64,000 nucleotides of DNA from Rebecca billardiae RCC1528 (lineage: Eukaryota; Protista; Haptophyta): assembly GCA_965240325.2 (NCBI GenBank), contig OZ251226.1, positions 62,001 through 126,000 of the forward strand, read 5' to 3'. This document shows positions 22,670 to 33,047 of the stretch, piece after piece (within the stretch, counting starts at the first letter, position 1; every line of letters begins with the position of its first letter). Both the position numbers and the translations under genes were made by a program. The notes under the pieces were generated by a model that had not been told where the DNA came from, ran no database searches, and was given only the letters and a program-made list of their open reading frames with translations.

Positions 22670-23635
22670 TCAACGGCGGCGGCGGCGGCGTGCGGCCGGC
22701 GGCGCCGGCGGTGACGACTCGGGCGGCGCGGGCGCGGGCTCTGGCTCGGCGGCCGCGGCCACGGGCGCGGGCGCGCGCTCGCGGCTGCGCTTGCGGCCGC
22801 CCGCGCCGCGCGCCGCCGGGCTCGGCGCGCCGCCCGCGCCCGCCGCCGCCGCCGAGCGCCCCGCGCGCGAGCGCTTGGGGCTCGGCTTGGCGCGCGCGCG
22901 CGGCGAGGCGGAGGCGGAGGCGGCACGGCGCTTGCCCGCCGCCGCCGAGCCGCCACGGCCGCCGCCGCCGGCGCGCACGCGCGCGGCTGGCTTGTTGGCG
23001 CGCGAGGGCGCGCGCGCGCGGCTGCGGCCTTGGCCAGCGTGCGCACCCGCCGCCGCCGCCTCGCCGCTGCCGCCGCCGCGCTCGTCATGCGCTGGGCCCG
23101 ACCGATCGGGGCTGTCCTCCTCCTCCTCCTCCTCGTCCTCGTCCTCCTCCTCCTCCGCCATCGCCTCCTCCTCCGTGCCGCTGCCGAGGCCGCTCATCTC
23201 CGCCTCCGACGACGACTCGTCGGAGTCCGTCTCGCTCCACGCGGACCGGCGGCGGCGGCGCGGGCGCGCGGCGGCGGCGCGTCGCGGCCGCTGCGCGCGC
23301 CGCCGCCGCGCGCCGTAGTCCAGGTCGTCGTCGTCGTCGAGGTCGTCGTCGTCGTCGTCGTCGTCGTCGGAGCCCGCCGCCTCCACCTCCGCGGCCGCGT
23401 CGTACAGCTGGTCGTCGTCGTCGTCGTCGTCGTCGTCGACGGCGCCCGCGGCGCCGCCCGCGGCGCCGCCGAGCCGCGCGGCCGCCGCGGCCGCGGCCGC
23501 GCGCGGCCGCCGGCCGCTGGGAGCGGCGTCGTCGTCGCCCCAGCGCTCGGCGTGGTGCCGCGCCGCGCGCGCCGCGCGCGCGCTCGGCGCCGGCGCGCCG
23601 CCGCCCACGCGCCGCCCGGCGAGCGAGCGCAGCCG

Positions 23636-23669
<34 letters not shown>

Positions 23670-23879
23670 GCGCTGGGGCGCGCGTGCTCGCGCGCAGGGC
23701 TCGCGCCGCGCGCGCCGGCGCGCGGCGCGGCGCCACCGGCCGCGCCGCCCGCCGCCTCGTCCTCGTCCTCCTCCTCGTCGCTGCCGATGATGACGCGGCG
23801 TGCGCCCGCGCGGCGCCCGGGCGGCGGCGGCGGCGGCGGCGGCGGCGGGTGCGCGGGCGAGCCCTCGCGAGCGTGCGCC

Positions 23880-23918
<39 letters not shown>

Positions 23919-24097
23919 GCCGCGTCGTCGTCGTCGTCCGCGAGCAGGTGCACATGCGAATTTCGACCGACCAGCTCCCACCCGCCGCCGTCGGCGGTGG
24001 TGGCGGCGGCGGCGGCGCCCGCGGGCGGCGCGCCGGCGCGCGCGCTCGCGGCGAGCGCGCGCGCCTGCGGCCCGGCGACGCCGTGCCCGAGCCGCTG

Positions 24098-24137
<40 letters not shown>

Positions 24138-26113
24138 GGCGCGCGCCGCTGCGCCGCCGCCGACGGCTCGGGCAGCGCGTCGCGCGCGCACAGCTCGGCG
24201 CGCGCGCGCGCGCGCACGGCGGGCGCGGCGTGCAGCGCGGCGGCGGCGGCGGCGGCGGCGGCGTGCCCGCGCGCGTACCCCGCCACGGCCTCGCGGCGCC
24301 GCGCCTGCACGGCCAGCGGGTACGGCGCGCCCTCGAGCGACACAAGCAGCGGCGCGCGCGCGGGCAGGCTGCGCGCGCGCGGCGGCGGCAGCAGCGGCGG
24401 CGGCGCGGCGGGCGCGGCGGGCGCGGCGGGCGCGGCGGGCGCGGCGGGCGCGGCGGGCGCGGCGGGCGCGGCGGCGGGCGCGGCGGCCGCCGCCGAAGCC
24501 GCCGCCGCCGCCACCGCCGCCGCTGCCGCCGCGCGCGCGCCGCCGCGCGCGCCACCGCCGCGCCGCCGCCCGGCCGCCGCGGGCTCGGGCGGCGGGCCGG
24601 CGACAACGACGGGTGGCGGCGGCGGCGCGAGCGCGGCGCCACCGCCACCGCCGCCGCCGCCGCCGCCGCCCGGCGCAAGCAGGCCGCCGAGCGCGGCGTC
24701 CGCGCCCGCGTCCGCGTCGAAGGGCCCGGGCCGCGTGTAGTCCGCGTCGAGGAACTGCTCGATCGGCGGAGCGCTGCTCACGCCGCCGCCGCCGCCGCCG
24801 GGCGCGCCGGCGCGTGCGGCCGCGGCCGCCGCCGTCGGCTCGGCGGCGGGCGCGGCGCCCGCGGCGCGCGGCGGCGGCGGGTGCGCGCGCGACGCGGCCG
24901 CGCCGGTGGCGAGGACGGTGAAGCCGCCCGCCGTGTCTGCCACGACGAGCCGCTCGCCCGTCGCGTCCCAGCTGCGCGCGCGGCAGCGGGGCGGGGGCGC
25001 GGCCGCGCGGGCGGGCGGCGCGCGCGTGAGCCGCAGGCGCGGCGCTCAGCGCGCGGGCACGGCGCGCGCACACGCACGGCGCGCGGCAGCCGCGCGCAGC
25101 AAGCACGCGCGCGCACACACACGCACCCACGCGCACACACACGCGCGCAGGCAGGCAGGCAGGCAGGCCGAGCACCGGCCGCGTGCGCGCGCGCGCCCAC
25201 CGGCCGTCCACCAGCGCATAGTCCTCTGGCGCGATGTCGCCCAGCCGCGCGCGCAGCAGCCGGCCCGCCGCGCCGCCGCCGTCCGCGTCGCCGCCCGCGC
25301 CGCCGGGCGCGCCGTACGTGTGCAGCGCCTCGCCGCTGCTCACGTCCCACAGCACGAGCACGCCGTCGTACCCTGCACCCGCGCGCGGGCGCGCGCGCGC
25401 GCGTGGGCGTGTGTGTGGGTGCGGCGCAGTGGGTGGGCGCGCGGCGGCTGCCGCGCGCCGCCGCCCGGCTCGGCGCCGCGCGTGCCGCGCGCACCCGCCG
25501 TCATCACCACCTCGGGCCAGCGCGGGTGCGTGTCCGTCACGAAGATCTGCTGGCTGTGCCCGCTGCGACGGCGGAGGGGGGCGGCGGCACGGGCGCGCGC
25601 CAGCCAGCGCGGCTGAGCACCGCCCGGCCGCGGCCGCACGGCGCGCGCGCGCACCCCGCCGCGCGCGCGCGCGCGCGCACCGCAGCACACGCAGCCTTGC
25701 GCCCGACTCCGCCTCCCACACGTGCAGCGCGCCGTCCGTGTGCGCGGTCACGGCGAGGCAGTCGGCCAAGCCCGCCCACACCGCCATGTTGACCAGCGGC
25801 GGCTGCTGCGCCGCGGGCGCGCCCGGCCGCGCTTGCTCGCTGCGCGCCACGCGCGCACGCGCGCGCGCGCGCCCGGTGCGCCGCACGGGAGGCGGAGGGG
25901 GCGCCGCGCCGCGCCTCAGCTCAGCTCAGCGGGGGCGGCGCGCGGCGGCGGGCCGGGCGGGCGCGGCGCGGCGCGGCGCGGCGCTTGAACGCACCCGAGT
26001 GTCTTGAGCTGCCACTCCTCCGCCATGCTCGCGGCGGCGCACGCCCACGGGGCGCCGGAGACGAGCGCTGCGCGCGCGGCCAGCAGCGCGCTCGCGGCGG
26101 CCGCGCTGAGGCG

Positions 26114-26146
<33 letters not shown>

Positions 26147-28695
26147 ACGGCTGCTGCCGCCGCCGCCGCCCGCCGCGAGCGCGCGCTGCTCGTTGAGCCG
26201 GCCGGAGCGCGCGGGCTTGCGCGCCGCCGCGCGCCAGATCCGCGCCTGCGGCCGCGGGGCGCCCACGCGCCCACGCACACACACGCGCACACACACGCAC
26301 ACACACGCACACACACACACGCACACACACGCACACACACGCCCAGCCGAAGCGGTGACGGCGACGCGCGCACGCAGCGGGGGTGAGCGCGGGCGCACGC
26401 GAGGGCGCGCGCGCACGCCCGCACGCCCGCGGCCGCGCGCACCTGCCCGTCCCTCGAGCCGGTGAGCAGCCGCGTGCTGCCGCCGTGCGCGCGCGACCAC
26501 TGCGCCGAGGTGACGTCGTGTTTGTGTCCGTCCAACCGGCGCACCTTGTACGCGCGCGCGCGCGCGGTGAGCGGGCACGCGCCGACGCGCGCCGCGCCGG
26601 CCGCGCCCGGGGCCGCCGCCGCCTCGGCGTCGAGCGCCCACTGCGCGCTCGCCGCGCGGCGCGGCGCGGCGCGGCGGGCGGCGGCGGCGCGTGAGCCGCG
26701 CGCGCCGCCGCGTGTCGCGAGCGCGCGCGCGCTCGCGCGGCGGGCGCCGCCGCCCGCCGCGCGGCCGCGCGCCCCGCGGCCGCACCTGCAGCTCAAGCTC
26801 GGCGATCAGGTCCGCCTCGGCCGCGGACGCGAGGCCGAACACCGTGGCGGTGCACTCGGAGGTGCCGACGGCGAAGCGGGTGCCGCCCGCGCTCCACGCC
26901 ACACAGAAGGTGCAGCACGCCTGCGCGCACCGCACGCAGCACACACGCACGCGCACACGCACACGCACACGCACACACGCACACGCACACGCACACATAC
27001 ACGCACACGCACGCACACACGCACACGCACACGCACACGCACACACACACGCACACGCACACACACACACACGCACGCACGCACAAACGGGGAGAGAGAG
27101 AGGGCGGCGTGCGGGGCGGCGAGCGCGCGTGAGGCCCGCCGCCACGCGCGCGTGCCGCGCGGCGCCGAGGGCGTTGGCGCGTTGGCGCGTGCGTGCGCGC
27201 GTGCGTGCGTGCGTGCGCGCGGCCCGTCACCTCGTGGCTGAAGGCGGCCACCGACTTGAGGGGCAGACGCGTGAGCTGCCAGCCGCACACGGCGCCCAGC
27301 GCGCTCAGGCCCTCGCCCACGCCCTCGCCGCCGGACGCAGCGGGGGTGGGCGCCGCAGCGCCGGCGGCCGCGGGCTGCTGCGCCGCGCCGCCCGCCGCAG
27401 CCTCGGGCGGCGCGTGCGTGTGCGTGTGCGTGTGCGTGTGCGCGTGCGCGTGCGCGTGCGCGTGCGTGTGCGCGGCCAGGAGCAGCCCCGCAGGCGAGAG
27501 GGCGCTGCCCACGATCCACTCGGAGAGGCTGGGGCGCGCGGGCTGCGCGCCGCCGCCGCCGCCGCGCGCGCCGCCGCCGCCGCCACCGCCGCGCCTGGCC
27601 GCCGCCTTGCCGCCGCCGGCCGCCGCGCGCGACGCCGGCTGCTTGCGCGACGCGCCCGCGGCCGGCGGCGCCGCCGCGCCGCCCGCCGCGGCCGCGTCGG
27701 CGGCGAGCGACGCACCGGGCGCGAGCCCCGCCGCCGCGGCCAGCCACGCCGCGGGCGGCGGCGCCGTGTACAGCAGCGCGTTGCCTGCGCGCGCGCGCGC
27801 GCGCGCACGCACGGCACGCGCGCGCCGCGTCGGCCGCTGCAGCCGAGTGCGCGCCCGCGCCGCGTGCGGCGCGCGGCGCGCGGCGCGCGCGCGTTGCGGG
27901 GTGCGCGCACGGCGCACGCACCGGCCTGGTCGGTGGCGAGGAGCGCTGGCAGCGAGGCGCCGTCCCACGGGCGCCAGTCCACCTGCGCGCGGCGCGTCGG
28001 CGCGCGGGCGGCGCGTCAGCTCGGCTGCGGCGCGCGAGCGCACGTCGGTGCGCGGCGCAACCATAGCGCGCAACCCGCGCGCGCGGCGGCAGCGCGGCGG
28101 CGGCGCGGCGGCGGCGCGCGGCGGCGGCGCGCACCGTTTGCACCGGCGCGGTGGCGCGGAGCACGGCGATGCAGCGCGGCGGGCCGCACGCGCCGTGCAG
28201 CCCGGCCGCACCCGCCTCGCCCGGCGGCTGCTGCGCCGCGCCGCCCGCGCCCGCGCCCGCGCCCGCGCTGCCGCCCGGCTGCAGCGGCGGCCTGAGCAGC
28301 CAGATGCGCACACTCATGTCGTTGGAGGCGGTGGCGAGCAGCCCGTCGTCGGCGGAGATGGCGATGTCGGTCACGTCCATCGTGTGCCCGCGCAGCGTGT
28401 ACAGCAGGTACCCCGAGCGCGCGCACCACACCTTCACCAGCGCGTCGTCGGCCGCGGTCACGAGGGCGGTGCCGCCGTGGTCGAAGGCGCAGCAGTACAC
28501 CGCCTCGGCGTGGCCGCGCGCGCCGTGCGCGCGGCGGAGGCCCTTGAAGGCGAGCTTGGCGGAGGGGCGCACGCGCGCGCGCGACGCGGCGACCTCGCGC
28601 GCGCACAGCTGCGAGCAGATCGGCGCGGGCGCGCCCGACGCGCACGCCGACGCGGCGGACGCGGCGAGCGCGCGCGCCGTGCGCGCCGCCGCCAG

Positions 28696-28729
<34 letters not shown>

Positions 28730-29394
28730 AGCGCGAGCGCGGCCGCGGCGGTGCCGGGCAGCGCGCCGGGCGCGCCGCCGCGCACGCCCGGCGGCGCCTC
28801 GCCCAGCACGCGCCCGTCGAGCAGCGTCGTCACACACAGCCCGCCCGGCGCCGCGGCCGCGCTGAGCGTGAGCAGCCGGTCTGCGAGCCGCTGCAGCTGC
28901 CCGCGACCCGCCGCGCCGGCGGCGCCGCCGCCGCCCGCCGCGGCCTCGAGCTCGTCCAGGGAGGCGGCGAGGCGGACGAAGGGTAGCGGCGAGTGCGCAC
29001 CCACCGACGCCGCCTCGGGCGGCGCGGGCGTGTCAATCAGTGCGCCGCCGCCGCCGCCGCCGCCGGCAGCGCGTGCGGACGCGCCCGCCGCGTGCGCCGC
29101 CGCCGCCGCCGCCGCCGTGGCGGCGGCGGCGCGCGCGCGCGCATCGTCGTCGGCGGTAGCGCGCTCGGTGTGGCGAGACGCGCCAAGCCCGGCCGCCGCG
29201 CGCGAGACCACGGCGGGCGGCAGCAGCGCCGCGTGGCACATCGCGCCCGCCAGCTGGTCGAGCAGAGCGCACTGCTCCGCGTCAGACGCGACGGCGCGGA
29301 GGTGGCGCAGGGCGAGCCACGTGAGCTCGGAGGTGGAGGCGCGCGGCGGGCCGACGAGCGAGCGCCCGCCGGCGGCCGCGTGCGCATCGGCCAT
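22670..29394 (-). CDS. BRWD/PHIP-like WD40-repeat protein, multi-exon, with an acidic/low-complexity C-terminus
   Basis: N-terminal SELTWLALRHL; GHAEAVYCCAFD..GTALVTAADDALVKVW...LLYTLRGHTMDVTDIAIS..LLATASNDMSVRIW; GHKHDVTSAQWS..LLTGSRDG; GHSQQIFVTDTHP..VVMTAG|YDGVLVLWD; PIEQFLDADY. This order matches the BRWD1/PHIP WD region. Several GT-AG introns contain CA/CG repeats; exon boundaries were not all resolved. Confidence 0.78.
26940..27085. repeat. (CA/CG)-type microsatellite (GCACAC)n within an intron
   Basis: Run of ACACGC/ACAC units. Confidence 0.85.
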
Positions 29395-29986
29395 CTTCGG
29401 CCGCCAGCCGCGCGTGCGCGAGCGGCAGGGCGAGCGAGTGGCTCCCCAAGCGCTTCGGTACGGGCGGCCCTCGCCTCCCTCCCGCGCGCTTCAGACCTGA
29501 GCTCGCTGCGCGGGCTGAGTGGCCAAGCGCGGCTGGCCGCTGGACACGTGCGACGGTTGGTCCAGTCCATTATTTGCTGCGCGCGCATTTGAAATGCCAC
29601 CGGTCAATCGGTCATGTTGGCGCGCCGCGCGCGGCCGATTCTCAGCGACAACGAACTTCGCCGCACACTACTGTACACAGCATCATCCGATGATTCAATC
29701 GTCTCGATAGCCAGGTCATAGAGTGCCCACTGGTCCGCCGAACCGAGGCCAGCACTAGTCAGCCAGTGAGGGCGGTTTAAGTATAATTTACAAAGTACAA
29801 CGGCGGCGCGCGCGAGCGGCGGGCGCCTGGGGCAGAGCCAATCATTGGCCAGGCGAGAGACACGCGGCAGCGCCGGCAGTTGGGGCCGCGCGGCGGGCGC
29901 GCGCGCCGGCTGCCGCGCGGCGGCGGCGGCGGCGCGGCGGGCCCGTGACCCGGTTACGGTGGCCCACGACTCGAGACAACGCAGAG

Positions 29987-30002
29987 GGTGTAGATATACA
30001 CC
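29987..30002 (-). promoter_or_regulatory. Histone 3'-UTR stem-loop (GGTGTA-TATC-TACACC)
   Basis: Same hairpin ~51 nt downstream of the H2A.X stop. Confidence 0.75.
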
Positions 30003-30052
30003 GAGGGAAAGGGGTGGTGCGCGTGGAGCGCCCGGGGAGCGCGAGAGCACGC

Positions 30053-30454
30053 TTAGAACTCCTGGCTCGAGCCCGCCTTCTTCGCGCCCTTCTTGGGCAG
30101 CAGCACCGAGTGGATGTTGGGCAGCACGCCGCCCTGCGCGACCGTCACGCCCGCGAGCAGCTTGTTCAGCTCCTCGTCGTTGCGCACGGCGAGCGTGACG
30201 TGGCGCGGGATGATGCGGCTCTTCTTGTTGTCGCGCGCCGCGTTGCCCGCGAGCTCGAGCACCTCGGCGGCGAGGTACTCGAGGACCGCGGCCATGTACA
30301 CCGGCGCACCCGCGCCGATCCGCTGCGAGTAGCGGCCGAGCTTGAGGTGCCGGTGCACGCGGCCCACCGGGAACTGGAGGCCGGCCTTCGCGGAGCGCGA
30401 GGTCGACTTCTTCTTCGAGCCGCCACGGCCGCCGGGGGTCACAGTCTTTGCCAT
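30053..30454 (-). CDS. H2AX: Histone H2A.X (C-terminal SQEF); putative 5'-UTR intron 30701-30468
   Basis: Core identical in protein to the H2A at 14175; ends [13 protein letters not shown], the SQ-E-hydrophobic gamma-H2AX motif. Confidence 0.95.
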   Translation of the reverse strand: MAKTVTPGGRGGSKKKSTSRSAKAGLQFPVGRVHRHLKLGRYSQRIGAGAPVYMAAVLEYLAAEVLELAGNAARDNKKSRIIPRHVTLAVRNDEELNKLLAGVTVAQGGVLPNIHSVLLPKKGAKKAGSSQEF

Positions 30455-30959
30455 CGGGTTCGAGAGGCTGCGGCCGGGGAGGCGGCGCGCGCGCGCGCCG
30501 GACCAGAGGCGGCGGCGCGTGAGCGATGCGCCGCGCCGAGCCCGCGCGCGCAGCGCGGCGCGGGCGGGCGCGCGAAGCGCGCCGGGGCGCGCGCGGGCGC
30601 GAACGGCGCGCGCGCGCGCGACGCGCCCGATGGCGGCGGCACGCGCGCGCGACACCGCGCCCCGCGCTGGCGTGCGCGCCCGCCGCGCCGCGCGCGCTTA
30701 CGTTGTGTGTGGGGTGTGCGCTGGTGCGGACAGTGGACAGGGCCGGTGGCGGCGGGCGGCGTGGGCTGGCGCTGGCTGGCTGAGGGCTGCGACGCCCACA
30801 CGCGCCGAGCGCGCTCGGAGTCCGGACCGTGAGCTGCCGTCCGCTCCGGATTGACCCGAGATTCGGCAAAGGGCCAGGCCGAGCGGGCTGGAGGGAGGAG
30901 GGCGGTTCCTGAGTGGCCCCGCTTGAACCCAGCAAGCAGCCGACGACGGCACGAGCGAG

Positions 30960-32825
30960 ATGCGCAGGCTCCTCGCGCTCGTGCTGCTGGGCGCGGTGGG
31001 CGTCGGCGGCGCGCTCGGCGCGACGCTCGACGCGATGCGCGTCTGCCCTGACGGCGACGCCACCTGTGTCGCCGGATCGCCCTGCGCGGCCGCCGAGGCG
31101 CGCGCGCGCGCCGCGCGCGCCGAGGCGGACGCTTGGAGGTCGAGCGCGCGCGAGCTCAACCTGACGGTGGCGCAGCTCGGGCTGCAGATGGAGGAGCTGC
31201 GCGAGGCGCACGAGGCCGCGCTGCGCGACGCCGCCGCCTCCGCCGAGCGCCTCGTCGCCGAGCAGAGCCACGCGGCTGCCGCCCTCGACGCGGCCCTCGC
31301 GGCCTCGCGCCGGGTGCGCGCGCTGTTGCGCGCTGTTGCGCGCTGTTGCGCGGCGCGCGGGCGGCGCGCGCGGCGCGTGCCCGGCGCCTCGCGCGCGCCT
31401 CGCCCACCCGCGTCCCCCGCCCCGCCCCCGTCCTCCCGCCCCTCTCCGCAGGAGGTCGCCTCCCTCGAGCAGCGGCTGCTCGCGTCTGAGGCCGAGATGG
31501 CGCGCGTGGGCTCGCAGCTCCAGGCGCGCGCGCACGCGTCGAGCGTGCGCGAGGCGCACCTGCGCGTGCTGCAGGAGCAGCTGGACTCGGCGGAGGCGGC
31601 GATCAACCAGACCCTCGCCGCGCACCTCGTGCACGCCCTCGAGTCCACCGTCGACGAGGCCGGCGCCCTCGTCGAGAGCGCGCACACCGCCGTCCGCACC
31701 CTCGGCAACGCCACCGGCCGGACGGCCGCGGCCGCGCGCTTCGCCGCGTGGTGGCTGCGGCCCGCGCGCGGCGGCGCGAAGGGCGGCGGCGCGGCGGAGG
31801 AGGCGGAGGGCGCGGGGCCGCTCGCGAGGCTCGGCGCCGCGCTCGGCGCCACGCTCCCCGCCGCCGTGCGCGCGCCCTGTGGCGCCGCGGCGGCCGCGGC
31901 CGCGGCCGCGGCGCGCGCGGCGCTCGGCGCGGCCGCGCGCGCCGCCGGCGCCGCGTGCGCCGCGCCGCCCGCCGCGGCGGCGTGGCAGAGCGCGGCGGCG
32001 GGCGTGGGCGCGGCGGGCGCGCGGCTGTCGGGCGCGACCGACCTCCTCCGCGCCCGCGCCGCGCCCGCCCTCTCCGCCCTCTCCGCCGCGTGGGTCTCCG
32101 TGACGGTCCGCGACGCGTCGGCCGCCACCGCCGCCGACTGGGCGGCGCTGGGCGGCGCGAGCGTGGCCGTGCTCAGCGCGACGATGGCGGCGGTGCGCGC
32201 GGGGCGCTCGGCGGCGCTGCGCGTGGCGCTGCGCGCGTGGCTCGCGCTGCTCGCGGCCGCGCACGCCGCCCTCGCCTCGGGCCTCGCCGCGCCCGGCGGC
32301 GCCGTCGACGGCACCGCCTGCGGCGCGGGCGCGCACCGAGCGCTGCGCGCGGGCGGCGCGGGCGCGGCGCGCGCGATGCCGCTGTGGGCGGCGCCGGCGC
32401 TGCTCGCTGCGGCGGTGGGGCTGCCCTCGCGCTCGCGGCGCTCGTCGCGGGCGGCGCGCTGCGCGGCGACCGCCGCGCTCGGCGCGCTCCTCGCGCACGC
32501 CGGCGCGCTGCGGGTGCGCGCCTCGCGCGCAGCGCAGCGCGCAGCGCAGCGCGCAGCGCGCAGCGCGCAACGGCCGCGGCGCGCGCCCCGGCCGGCCGCC
32601 CGTCGCAGCCAGCGGCAGCAGCCGCCGCGCCTGCGCTCAGCTCACTCCGGCCCCGCCCGCGCCGCGCGCGCCACGCCACCTCCCTGCGTGCGTGCCGCCG
32701 TCCGCGCGCGCGCGCGCCTGGCGCAGGCGCAGAGTCTGGAGCAGCCCGCGACCGAGGCGGACGCGGTGGCGTGCGCGCTCTCCGCCGGCACCGCCGCGTG
32801 GCTGCTCATCGCGGCGCGCGGCTGA
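30960..32825 (+). CDS. Hypothetical protein with signal peptide, coiled coil and hydrophobic C-terminal segments; probable introns 31314-31451 and 32514-32726
   Basis: MRRLLALVLLGAVGVGG signal; heptad-like ELNLTVAQLGLQMEELREAHEAALRD and EVASLEQRLLASEAEMARV; in-frame GT-AG introns. Divergent from H2A.X. Confidence 0.6.
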   Translation: MRRLLALVLLGAVGVGGALGATLDAMRVCPDGDATCVAGSPCAAAEARARAARAEADAWRSSARELNLTVAQLGLQMEELREAHEAALRDAAASAERLVAEQSHAAAALDAALAASRRVRALLRAVARCCAARGRRARRVPGASRAPRPPASPAPPPSSRPSPQEVASLEQRLLASEAEMARVGSQLQARAHASSVREAHLRVLQEQLDSAEAAINQTLAAHLVHALESTVDEAGALVESAHTAVRTLGNATGRTAAAARFAAWWLRPARGGAKGGGAAEEAEGAGPLARLGAALGATLPAAVRAPCGAAAAAAAAAARAALGAAARAAGAACAAPPAAAAWQSAAAGVGAAGARLSGATDLLRARAAPALSALSAAWVSVTVRDASAATAADWAALGGASVAVLSATMAAVRAGRSAALRVALRAWLALLAAAHAALASGLAAPGGAVDGTACGAGAHRALRAGGAGAARAMPLWAAPALLAAAVGLPSRSRRSSRAARCAATAALGALLAHAGALRVRASRAAQRAAQRAARSAQRPRRAPRPAARRSQRQQPPRLRSAHSGPARAARATPPPCVRAAVRARARLAQAQSLEQPATEADAVACALSAGTAAWLLIAARG

Positions 32826-33047
32826 CCGTCGCGTGTCGTGACTCGCAGTCGTGAGCCCTCTCGCCAAGCCAGGCACCCGCTCGCCTCGTGTCGCTGTCGG
32901 GTACTCGAGTTCCTGTTGGCGCGGCAGGGGGGGGTATCTCCGTAGCTTCAAATACCCGTGTTATCAGCAAGATCCTGGCCCACTCAGACAGCTCAGTAGT
33001 CAGTGACTTACTGGCGCGGGCCCTCCTGAAAGCCAGCTAGGCGTCGA

